A stretch of DNA of 64,000 nt from Bugula neritina (taxonomy: Eukaryota > Animalia > Bryozoa): positions 14,724,633-14,788,632 of the forward strand of contig OZ037769.1 of assembly GCA_964035545.1 (NCBI GenBank). The letters run 5' to 3'. The translations under genes and the position numbers were made by a program. Shown here piece after piece: positions 11,162-21,626 of the stretch. The notes under the pieces were generated by a model. It searched no databases and had not been told where the DNA came from. It saw only the letters and a list, made by a program, of their open reading frames with translations. Every line of letters begins with the position of its first letter. Positions within the stretch are counted from its first letter, which is position 1.

Positions 11162-14115
11162 AGTGTGCAATGTATTGTATAAAATTTATAGCTCCATTAG
11201 GACTTATAGTCCCAATTATTTAATACAAAAGAGCAGGTAAATGATACAATACATCACTAGGTAGCAGTGGATTGACTACCATTATATTATATTTCAGTAT
11301 AACATCATAATACGTCTCAGTATAATATTATAATATATCTCAGTATAATATTATAATATACCTTAGTATAACGTTATAATATATTTCAGTATAACATCAT
11401 AATACGTCTCAGTATAATATTATAATATATCTCAGTATAATATTATAATATACCTTAGTATAACGTTATAATATATTTCAGTATAACATTATAATATATC
11501 TCAGTATAACATTATAATATAACTCAGTATAACAATCTGTGAGAGTTTCATAATTACAGTTATAAAAATGATTTTTTTGTTAGTTGTCTTCTATTAATTA
11601 ACTTCTCTAAAAAGTTACAATATACAACTCTAATATAAGTATCAATATACTATCATTTTGTAGCAAAAAAATTAATATTTAATAAACTTATTAGAGTAAT
11701 AGGTGAGAAGTTGCCGTACCCTTTCTATCTGAGTATATCTAATAGAATAGAGTGGTTGTCTTATGACATCATATTCACAGAGTCTAGTTGACTCAATAAA
11801 GATAGTGCAGATAACTTCATAATGTATAATATAATACATACCTGTTTGGTAGAATTGGAAGTTTACAGTCTCCAATGCCCAACTGTCTCAATGATAGTAA
11901 GGATGTGAATATATTGTCAGGTAGACCTTCAGATAGATTATTCCCTGGTATATCCAATACCTCAAGATTCTTCAGTGAAGATACGCTGTAACATAGCATA
12001 CAGGTGTGAAATGTTGTATATCAAAAAATACCATATGCACTTCTATAACCTCATCATATCTATAAAATATTTATAACTTATACTTATTACAGTACCATTC
12101 TACACTATAATAAAATAATATGCACCTGTTTGGTAGAGTTGACAGTTTACAGTGACTCATGTTCAACTCTCTCAATGATAGTAAGGATGTGAATATATTG
12201 TCAGGTAGACCTTCAGATAGGTTATTCCCTAATATATCCAATACCTCAAGATTCTTCAGTGAAGATATGCTGTAATATAACACATAGGTGTGAAATGTTG
12301 TATATCAAAATATACCTTATACACTTCTACATAATCATATCTATAATATATTTATAACTTATACTTATTACAGTACCATTCTACAATATGATGTAATACA
12401 CACACACCTGTTTGGTAGAGTTGGTAGTTCACAGTAATTCATGTCCAACTCTCTCAATGATAGTAAGGATGTGAATATATTGTCAGGTAGACCTTCAGAT
12501 AGGTTCTTCCCTGATATATCCAATACCTCAAGATTCTTCAGTGAAGATATGCTGTTACATAACACAAAGGTGTGAAATGTTGTAAATAAAAAATACCATA
12601 TACTTCTACCCAATCATATCAACAATATATTTATAACTTATACTTATTACAACACCATTCTACAATATAATATAACACACACACACACCTGTTTGGTAGA
12701 GTTGGTAGTTTACAGTACATCATGTCCAACTCTCTCAATGATAATAAGGATGTGAATATATTGTCAGGTAGACCTTCAGATAGGTTATTATATGATATAT
12801 TCAATACCTCAAGATTCTTCAGTGAAGATATGCTGTAATATAACACACATGCAGGTGTGACAGTATTCAACTCTATAATATAATTGTCACATATTAGTAT
12901 GTTTGAATGAGATTAACTGACATTAAATTGAATAATAAATAGAAATGCAATAAACCAGGTAAATAATACAACAGTTGTTACTAAAGCTAGTGTTATTGTG
13001 AGGGGAGATTACTCCACATTCTACTACAAGATGATATGTCACTTATTATTAAATATAGTTTTATATTATCATGCAACATTAGTATACCTGGTCCAGTCAA
13101 CATTACTGTCTACTCCAGATACCCTCAGATATGTGAGATGAGGAAACAGTTTGTTGATATTTGGAGGAATGTCATCATCCAGTCTAACATGAGTAACTGT
13201 ATGGTGTCTACTTTTATCTTTGATCTCACCTATAGTGTAGGATGTAGTCCTATTCCTCATCCACTCATCACCAGTTCCATCTATAATGGATGTGTTGAAC
13301 CACACCCTATACTTCTCTACAAAATATGCACCACTATATGAATAGTAACATGGATATCAAATAACAAAATATATGTCTCAACACTATATAAACAGTATTG
13401 AATTAATTAACTTTGCATGGTTCTGTACAGCACGCGTTATAATAATTATGTTATAATTAGTCATAGAGTAGGCTATAATATAATGTAATATAATATAATG
13501 TATAATAGAGTATGATATAAGTTAGTCTAATAGTTATAGAATATAGTATAATATAAGTCAGTATAATAGTTATATACATTATACTCAGTATATAACATTA
13601 TAAAATGAACACAAGCAATGTAATACTCAGCTGGTATCAAAACAGTGGTAGGTGCAGTAATGAAAAAAGTGAAAAAAGCCTGTGCTTCTAGATCAGAAAT
13701 GTAGCAAAAGAAGTTGTATTTTCATGAGAATTTAAACAGGATAAAATTTAAAGAATTTAAGCTATCTCAGTTTCTCCACTATTGCACCATATTTTCAGAA
13801 CATAAAAATATATAATTTCTGTAGTCACTATAGTTGCAGTATTTGTAATCACATGGTTTACTAACTTATCAGAGACTGACCTGAAGATAGAGGTGGTGGT
13901 TGAGGTGGTGGTTGAAGTGGTGGTTGAAGTGGAGGTGGAGGTTGAGGTGGCGGTGGAGGTTGAGGTGGAGGTTGAGGTTGAAATGGAGGTGGAAGTGGAG
14001 GTGGAAGTAGAGGTGGACCTGGAGGTGTAGGTTGAGGGACAGACTTGCGTTGACCCATTCTGTAGTCTCTGGGTACAGCTATACTCACATCTTTATTCTC
14101 ATCTGTAACAACCAT
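4282..14115 (-). CDS. Pro-rich-LRR-ROC-COR-caspase fusion protein (Roco-family GTPase with C-terminal peptidase C14 domain), about 1383 aa
   Basis: Coding exons (minus strand): 14115-13881, 13316-13088, 12832-12689, 12551-12408, 12269-12126, 11985-11842, 11019-9017, 8840-8745, 8572-8382, 8289-8119, 6177-5955, 5770-5600, 5479-5370, 4428-4282 (14 segments in this list, counting the four LRR cassettes separately). Every intron is GT-AG with matching phase (1,2,2,2,2,2,1,1,0,0,1,1,0). Total 4152 nt = 1384 codons ending in TAG. Domain motifs are given in the sub-features. Confidence 0.85.
4497..5210. repeat. 17-bp minisatellite (ACTATAACAATACCT[A/T]C), about 40 copies, in last intron of the fusion gene
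   Basis: Direct head-to-tail tandem units with two alternating variants and no spacers. Confidence 0.95.
6608..6790. repeat. 16-bp minisatellite (ACACCTGTAAACCTTT)
   Basis: About 10 tandem, partly degenerate copies immediately left of the hAT element. Confidence 0.9.
6803..8018 (+). mobile_element. Non-autonomous hAT (Buster/Charlie-like) DNA transposon in a caspase intron
   Basis: TIRs CAGGGGTGGGCAAATG (6803) and CATTTGCCCATCCCTG (ends 8018) match 15/16. Flanking 8-mers CCTTATAC and CTTTACAC match 6/8. The internal remnant at ~7100-7255 translates as SEKYPTLAKLGLRALGIFSYN*RFECMFSSMNHTKN...NEHLQDLLRVAT, resembling the hAT C-terminal dimerisation domain. Confidence 0.8.
7392..7808. mobile_element. 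PIF/Harbinger-type MITE nested inside the hAT element
   Basis: About 70-bp imperfect TIRs (GCGTAGGGCCACACTGTGCG...AGAAAAGGCGTCCACTG and CAGTGGACGCCTTTTCT...CGCACAGTGTGGCCTTAGGC), flanked by TTA at 7389-7391 and 7809-7811. Confidence 0.8.
9017..11019 (-). CDS. Large exon encoding last LRRs, ROC GTPase and COR domain
   Basis: LRRs (LEKLTISYNNF, LQELDISLN, LHTLHVRYC), Roco hinge LTSPPLEVCRRGLDAVRQYY, P-loop GNTMAGKTSL, switch Thr (DETTKV), G3 DMGGQE, G4 THKD, COR motifs LPFVWEEV, LTYMHDCGKVLWY, WFIVP, LPQYVYHQM, and a C-terminal CYCAHC cluster. Confidence 0.92.
11107..11158. repeat. (TA)n microsatellite
   Basis: Pure TA run. Confidence 0.95.
11281..11533. repeat. 23-bp minisatellite (CAGTATAAYATTATAATATATCT) with a 92-bp higher-order duplication
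   Basis: Variant CAGTATAACATCATAATACGTCT recurs at 11295 and 11387, a spacing of 4 x 23 bp. Confidence 0.85.
11842..11985 (-). CDS. LRR cassette exon D (144 nt, phase 2-2)
   Basis: tacag|...AG|gtatgt; encodes SVSSLKNLEVLDIPGNNLSEGLPDNIFTSLLSLRQLGIGDCKLPILPN. Confidence 0.9.
12126..12269 (-). CDS. LRR cassette exon C (144 nt, phase 2-2)
   Basis: tacag|...AG|gtgcat; encodes SISSLKNLEVLDILGNNLSEGLPDNIFTSLLSLRELNMSHCKLSTLPN. Confidence 0.9.
12408..12551 (-). CDS. LRR cassette exon B (144 nt, phase 2-2)
   Basis: aacag|...AG|gtgtgt; encodes SISSLKNLEVLDISGKNLSEGLPDNIFTSLLSLRELDMNYCELPTLPN. Confidence 0.9.
12689..12832 (-). CDS. LRR cassette exon A (144 nt, two LRRs, phase 2-2)
   Basis: tacag|C ATA TCT...CCA AAC AG|gtgtgt; encodes SISSLKNLEVLNISYNNLSEGLPDNIFTSLLSLRELDMMYCKLPTLPN. 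Confidence 0.9.
13881..14115 (-). CDS. First coding exon of the fusion gene, polyproline-rich
   Basis: ATG at 14115 lies just downstream of an acceptor (tgtttag, ~14134). Encodes MVVTDENKDVSIAVPRDYRMGQRKSV followed by a ~50-aa P/Q/L tract. Donor TCA G|gtcagt is phase 1 and in frame with exon 13316-13088. Confidence 0.7.
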
Positions 14116-15559
14116 TTTATTTAGTTTATTCCTCTAAACATGGTGAAACACTTATACAAACTACAGCTAGCATTTGCCATTTCCGTAATATATCTCCACT
14201 GATACCATGCGCCAGCGATTTAGAAAGAATGTAAAACCAAGCAAGACCTGTAATGTTAGATGGTATGCTGAGAGATTTTATAACACCAAAGTATTATTCC
14301 ATGTTTTGTTTTTCGTGCACTCACAAAGGGGTTAGTTGTTTTCATTTTGAGGTTAACCCACTTTGTGGGTGTCTTCATATTCAACCTAATTTTACCCTCT
14401 ACAGGTTCATATGTACCAAAGGGAACTTACTTTTAAGTCATATAAATTTATATAACAAACAAATTTTACTTACAGTGAATTCAAATGAAGTCAGCAGGTG
14501 AGTTTAGATACTCTTCACCATAAGCATATGTTACATAATATCCTCCATAAACTAACTTGATTATTTTCTCACTATGACTAGGAAGGGATAAGTGTAGTTA
14601 GTATTGCTACTGCAAGTAATAGTTGCTACATGATCACGTGATAGGTTACGAAAATGATAGGCTCTTTGGTATTGGCTGTTATGAATAAACATATTTACTA
14701 AAGCTCTTTAGTATTGGTTCTAGTTTATAAATAACATTTGGCAATCACTCAAAAAGAAAGTTTGTAGTCTACTAGTGAAAAATGTGAATAATAGCTTGTA
14801 ATAAAAAGCTTTGTTAGCTAATAATATGGTGTTGCTTATTATGAATAGATGAACACATACACGAAAAGAGCTTTGGTTATATTGTTGTGAATTTGTGCAT
14901 TCACTAGTTGCTAGGTATTTAAAGTAATGCAACACCGCCAAGTTAAAGTAGATTACAAAGCGTTTATGCAATTCACAAGATACAAGAGTAAAACTATACA
15001 CAAATAATAAAAGCATACTACATAATTGCAGACAGTATATGCAACCTATCTAAAGCTATGCCACTTTCCAACTGCTCGCTATCCAAGTGAGCTAGCTATT
15101 AGCTTTAATTAGTTAGTCCCCTCCTTTGTTCACAGCGTACATTCATGGGCTTTCCATGGATCGATCTCAGCGAGATCGATCTGAGATCGATACATTGAAA
15201 GCCGGTGATTGGTAGCATAGTAAGGTAGATACTGTTAGCTGCAAGTACAAATCAAAATAAAAGTCAAACTCAAACTGAAAACAGATATTGAAATAACGAA
15301 GATTAACTGTAGGTGTAACTTTAAAATCAAAGTAATAACTTATAATATATATCGACAGCTCCAAGCTGCCACCGTGACCTCCAAACCGCCCCTTAGTCAC
15401 TCCAATATCCACCCGTGATCTGCCCAGCAAATCACCTTATTCACCCAGAATACAAGGACAAGAAAACTGACTTTGCTAAACTCTCTAATAGTCCTAGCTG
15501 ATAGAAACGTTCTCAGTCAAACACTGCGACACGAATGCCTTTTGTTTCGCAGAAGAACA

Positions 15560-16040
15560 CAAGGAAAAATCCTTGACCCCTGCTGTGTACCTAAGCACTC
15601 TATCTTGCTACGCCGCTAACGACATCGGCATACTTACAGCCCACAGAGACGCTACGCATTAGGGTAACATAATACTAGCAGGAGAGCTGTCCTTTCGGTA
15701 TGCAATAGTAGCACAACTCCTTCTAGTCAGATATACATTGGGACACAACCCTTACATTTCCCCGAGCTATCGAAAGACATATCCTCAGGCTAAAGATTTT
15801 GTCTAGTGTACAGGATAGTCAATATCAAAACCGCTGGTGGACCATGGAACTTCATGGTCGTCCTCTACTGCTGCACACTGGATCGACCAATCTAAAGGGA
15901 AGAGGAGTCCCGGTGCTGAAATGTTAAGAGGATGTAATGAGGGAGATTTAAACAAAGAAGCCCAGGCTCTGGATATCCATACAGAGGTGGGTATGGAAGA
16001 TGGGTGGCTCTAGACAGGAAAGATGAACGGGTAGTTGGTA
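15560..16040 (+). mobile_element. Possible highly decayed 3-prime remnant of a non-LTR retrotransposon (RTE-like)
   Basis: GC-richer island with broken motifs in the expected order (VYLSTL, NDIG, RW, GKRS, VALDRK) but many stops and frameshifts. Weak. Confidence 0.25.
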
Positions 16041-16871
16041 TCCTTGCCGGCGCGTAGCTTATGGATCGCAAAAGAAAACATAAAACAAAAATGTAAAACA
16101 GAATAATACAGAAATACATAAAATTAAACTCACAAGAGTCACACACAAAAGTAAATAACACAATAATAATACAAATAATACAATATAAAGTATAGGCACA
16201 GAACAGAGAGATAGCCACACGAGTACAATATCTTATTTTATACTATTAGCATCCCCATATCCAGTCGCGGTGCTATAGTGACCTGCAACCTTAGTTAGGG
16301 CTCAATATTGTTTTGTATTGAATACTTCCATGTATTCGATCTTTTCCCCATTTATAATATCTCTTTACTTTCATGCATAATGTAGGCCTATTATATAGAA
16401 TAACAGCAACATTAAATAGACACACCCTTACGAGGAGGCTATACACCATGATAAAGGACATACAACTAATTACTGGAGATTATACATCATTAGCCCTAAT
16501 AGTATACTTCCACATATGATGTTTCACAACATGACTTCTAGCCTAAGGATTATAGCACTTCGCTGTTTAGCTATAAGACACTTATCACTTTCGTAACCCT
16601 ACCTTTTATGTTGAGTGACGGAGCTCTGGCTACAAGAAGTAACCAGTGAGATAACCTTCTGTACACTATGTGGCAGCTTTGGTGCAGGATTTCATCCCTC
16701 TTGTACACTAGAGTCTGTCGTAAGCAAATGTGACTGAAGAGAAGAATAATACTGGTAAGTAGGATACCAACTATCAACGTGTTATATTATTGAGACCGAG
16801 CAAAAAATCTAGAAGCTAAGAATATTTATTTATGGTTGTTGCTAATCAATCAACTAAACCATTTTTGTTTA

Positions 16872-17518
16872 TGCACTCAACCATTCAAGCACTAAACCAT
16901 TCATGCACTAAACCATTCAGTCACTAAACCATTCAAGCACTAAACCATTCATGCACTAAACCATCCATACACTCAACCATTCATGCACTAAACCACTCAT
17001 GCACTCAACCATTCATGCGCTAAACCATTCATGCACTAAACCACTCATGCACTAAACCACTCATGCACTAAACCATTCATACACTAAACCATTCATGCAC
17101 TCAACCATTCATGCACTAAACCATTCATGCACTAAACCATTCATGCACTAAACCACTCATGCACTCAACCATTCATGCACTAAACCATTCATGCACTAAA
17201 CCATTCATGCACTAAACCACTCATGCACTCAACCATTCGTGCACTCAACCATTCGTGCACTAAACCATTCATGCACTCAACCATTCATGCACTCAACCAT
17301 CCGTGCACTCAACCATTCGTGCACTAAACCATTCATGCACTAAACCACTCATGAACTAAACCACTCATGCACTAAACCACTCATGCACTAAACCACTCAT
17401 GCACTAAACCACTCATGCACTAAACCATTCATGCACTAAACCATTCATGCACTAAACCATTCATGCACTAAACCATTGAAGCACTAAACCGTTTGTGTGC
17501 ACACTAAACCATTCATGC
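16872..17518. repeat. 16-bp minisatellite (GCACTAAACCATTCAT), about 40 copies
   Basis: Direct tandem units with single-base variants and no spacers. Confidence 0.95.
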
Positions 17519-18751
17519 ATGGCATAATATAATATGTGTTGTAGCTTATGTGTAGAAAAATAAATATTTATTGTCGCAGACTGAAAGAAAATAGCAATGT
17601 GATAAAAGGTTATATTATAAGTTATAAGTTGTAAGTTACAAGTGTGAGACGCAAGTGTGGATAAGTGAAAACTGCTGAGTTTTTGTACTTGTCAAAAAAG
17701 TTAGCTATCATAAATGTGGAAGAAGCATAATACATTGCTGGCATAGCTGAGATGATATGTGAAAAGCTTTCATGTATTAGGAAAAAGCTTTCCCATCTTA
17801 TGTAAAGTCCCAACAATATGTCTAATTTAACATATTTTTATTAAATAACAAATGGATGATAAAATCTATTATAGATCAATAGTTGCTAATTTGTGTAAAT
17901 TATAAATATAAAACAATGTAGAGAAAAGCTCACATTTTAGATTTTTAAATTGCTACAGCATTTATAAGATTATTTCACTCGTATATAAGATTATATTATT
18001 GTTATATTCATATACTGAACAGAAGTTATAAAAACTATAACATGAGTAGAGAGGGCATGATCTTGAGATTCAAAAGAATTATTTTAATGGATGGCTCAAA
18101 ATATTATTTTGGTGAGTAATAAGTAACATTGTCTTTTCTTTGTATGTTGTATGTATGTTTCACTTTCTTTAGGTTGTACTATTTTGCATTCAAGGTGATA
18201 GAAAAATTACGGCATGAGTTAATTTATGGAAGAAATCAATAATATAAAGTAAATAAAAGCCCAAAATGTCTCTGCAACTCAGACAATTTTTATCTGCTAT
18301 AAAAACAGTGATAAAACATAATTATTTTATGTATATATGAGGCTGCTTACAATTAACTTTCACAAAATATTCCTATTTTAGGTTGAAGAATTTATTAATC
18401 AAACATAATATGAATTACTAAGAAATTAAAAATTCATATAAGATCGTTTTTCTAAAGTAGAAGATAGTCATCATCTAATTCAAGTTAACCAAATGTTAGC
18501 TAAATTATTTAGAGCAGACAATGTAAGCCAGTTCTTTTTGCAACTCAAAATCATCCAATATTAATCTGCTGTAAAATATGATCAACATTATCTCTTCCAT
18601 GTAAGGTTGCCTACAAATAATTTTGTAGCACATTTTTATTTTAGATAATACACTCTATTTCAACCGTCAAATAAAGTTGTTGAAAAGTATATGAGTAAAA
18701 GTTAGTGTTTGATAAATTTAAACAGATGAAATGTTAGTCAAACTAATTAAA

Positions 18752-21626
18752 TTATTTAGAGCAGACCACACAAGCTAGTTCTCTATTCTCAGTATAAGGT
18801 GGACAGTGTCCAGTTGTTTGTTCATCGCTGCAGTCCGTGAGGACAAAATAGAAATGAGATCCACCTTTATGGTCAGCTTGTTCAGTCACATAGTCTGGGT
18901 GTTCGTCTACGCACACAAATTCTGTAGGATGTGGATGTTCTCCAAGTTCTGCCATTAGGTACCCTACATTTAGCAAGCATTCATTATGTTGCTATGAAAA
19001 TAGCATTTTTATAAAGTAGAAATATAAAGTATTTCATTCATATACCTTCATATTCTTTAGTCCAGGTGTTTGGACATGTTCTTTTTGCAGGAATCATCAT
19101 GACACTTGATTTATTTTTAGCATAACATCTGGCGCAGGGAGCATTTTGTCTTGAGGCAGGACCAGGGAAAATTCCCAGACTTCCAGTCTCATACTCAACT
19201 CCTTGTAACTTTGCTGAATTTGAATGATTTGTCCCTGACACTTTGTTATATTCTGGGTTCAAAGGTAAACAGTGGTAGTTGGTTCCACCACCTGTTTTTA
19301 TTCCTCTTGGATTTGCAGCAAACCCTTTGGAAACACATTGCAAAACATTCACATTATGGAACTATTTTAATAAAAATGTGTGCATATTCTGCCAACAATT
19401 TCTTTTTTTTATTTATAGAATTTTTCCAAATAATGGAAATAATCACCTTCATAAATCTTTGAAGAATTTCCTCCACAGCTTTTCTTACCCCATCTGATAT
19501 AGGTAGCACCCAGTGCAAGGTTTGGAGTTTTGCCAGGAATTCCTTGCGACCCTTTAGCACCTGGTGGCCCAGTTTTTCCAGGTAATCCAGTTGAACCAGC
19601 AGATCCTGCATTATATAAACAGCTTCTTTAATATTAACATAACACAGATACACACAACACAGGCTTAGCTCAAGTTGATAAGTAGTTTGATAAGGTTGTT
19701 ATTAATAATATAATTTCTGCTATTGTTCAGACAGAGAGTAACATAAGAGGGATTTAAGCAAACAGTGGCAATAATGGTCAGTAATTATATTTATACCTTT
19801 CTCTCCTGGTGCTCCTGGTGCTCCTGGTGCTCCTGGTGCTCCTAGTGCTCCTGGTGCTCCTAGTGTTCCGTCTACCCCTGGGTTACCAAGTGCTCCTGGA
19901 AGACCAGTTTTTCCTGGAAGCCCTGCTTTGCCTGGTTCCCCATCTTTTCCAGGTTCACCATCATTTTCAGGTAATCCCTGGCTACCGGTTTGACCAGGAA
20001 GTCCGGGTAGACCGTCTCTTCCCGGTTGGCCATCTCTTCCATCTCTCCCAGGTGGGGCATCAACTCCTGAAACCGTGAGAAAAGTATGAGCAGAAATTTA
20101 GGTCTTGGGTTTTAAAAGTAATATCTTGCGCTCACATACTGTTTATGTCAAGCTTGCCACATATTTGGTGGAATAAACTTGCTATAATTGACAGTATAGT
20201 CAACTCTATTGTTAGTTAATAGTACATTCAGTGAAACATGTTAAACTGGTGGTACCTTGTTTTTGGATAAGTTAGCTATGCATTAGAAGAATTCTAGCTC
20301 AATGTGCTAAAATACCTCACTTATATAATGCAAGTGTGAGAACACATAAATTCCATTATGATGGAAGAATTCATATTATACAAAATCTCTTTTGTTCCAA
20401 GAATAAAATTATCACATTATGTTAATTCAACTAAAAGAAATCTATTTATTTGCTTTAAAGTTTGGACTATTTCTATTTGTTGATCTTGAAAGATGTTTTT
20501 ATCGAAGAATCCCATCTAAAAGGAAGTTCCTGATTTCATGAAGCATTGCCAACTCATCTTCATGTCGTCTTCAACAAGTGTCGGGTGATTTTTAAAGTTT
20601 TTCACCTGCTCAATAAAAGCTCAATACAATAATCCAGCCATATTATACTTGATAGAATATATACTCAGTAATATGTTGCTTTCTCACTCTCTTGAAAAAT
20701 ATATTATCATGCAATACACAGAAACATTACAGATAAAACAGATAATTAAACAGTTGACTCACCAACTATTCTTAGAATCTCAATGAGCTCAATAATGTCA
20801 GCCAGTTTGATTTCCTTTTCTTCAGAGTTTACGGAATCTGTTTTTACTCTTCCATTGAGGAGCTATAATAATCAAAATATATTACGTTTTGTATAATATG
20901 TAAGGTGTGTTAATTAATAAGCTGAAATAAAAACTAGTAACTTTCATATATTGGGCAAGTTATTTTGATAATTGTCTATCCCTTACTGGTTATAGGAGGT
21001 TTTGCAACTCTTCAAAATAGGTCAATTAATTAATTTATTAGTGCAAACTTCTAATACCATATTTCAAATTTCACTCACCACATTTACTAGAGCTGATAAA
21101 GTTTCCTTCATGGAGTTCATCTCGCTTTTGACTGAAGTTATCTCCCTCTGCTGGGAAGTAGCAAGATCCTGATACTCAGTTACCTGTTTGTGTAGTGAGT
21201 TGATTTCTTCCTGCTGTACTTCTGCAACTTCTTTGAAACTCTCACAGTTACATGCTGACGTGTCATCAGCCAGAACCTTACCAGATGCTGCTGACAAGAT
21301 GACAGCAGTGATCATCATTACTGCTACACTTTCTACAACATTTAATGCATTCTAAAAAAGTATCACTCGAATTATATATAAAACAAAATGTATATATATA
21401 TATAAACTAACTTAACTTATAGTGACTGTGAAGTAATTGCAAGCACGAGTGCTAATAATTACACCACAGGGTCAGCTGCAAACATATCTCTACAGGAATG
21501 GCATTTAATAAGTTTTAGTAGCTATTTTTTTGAACTACTACCTACAGTACATATATATAAAGATCAGATTAAAACAAGTTTTCTATGAAGTTTATACTCA
21601 CTATTCTCACCCCTTCTCATCTCCAT
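18752..21626 (-). CDS. Short-chain collagen C4-like secreted protein, copy 1 (about 432 aa)
   Basis: Seven coding exons: 21626-21602, 21332-21079, 20862-20763, 20066-19797, 19605-19447, 19324-19046, 18963-18752 (1299 nt). Signal peptide (VAVMMITAVILSAASGKVLA), CNC, heptad coiled coil, Gly-X-Y, then the C-terminal domain motifs GATYxRWG, GGGTNYxCLP, NAPCARC, MIPAKRTCPxxWTKEYEGYLMAE, FVCVD, CPPY, ELACVVCSK. Confidence 0.88.

Noticed and set aside
15160-15191. Palindrome ATCGATCTCAG-N10-CTGAGATCGAT upstream of the Roco-caspase as a regulatory element
   Set aside because: It is a real inverted repeat, but isolated and in a repeat-derived region, with no evidence of function.
19809-20078. Plus-strand LLV-repeat ORFs and minus-strand off-frame ORFs over collagen exons (all copies)
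   Set aside because: They are antisense or alternative-frame shadows of Gly-X-Y codons.
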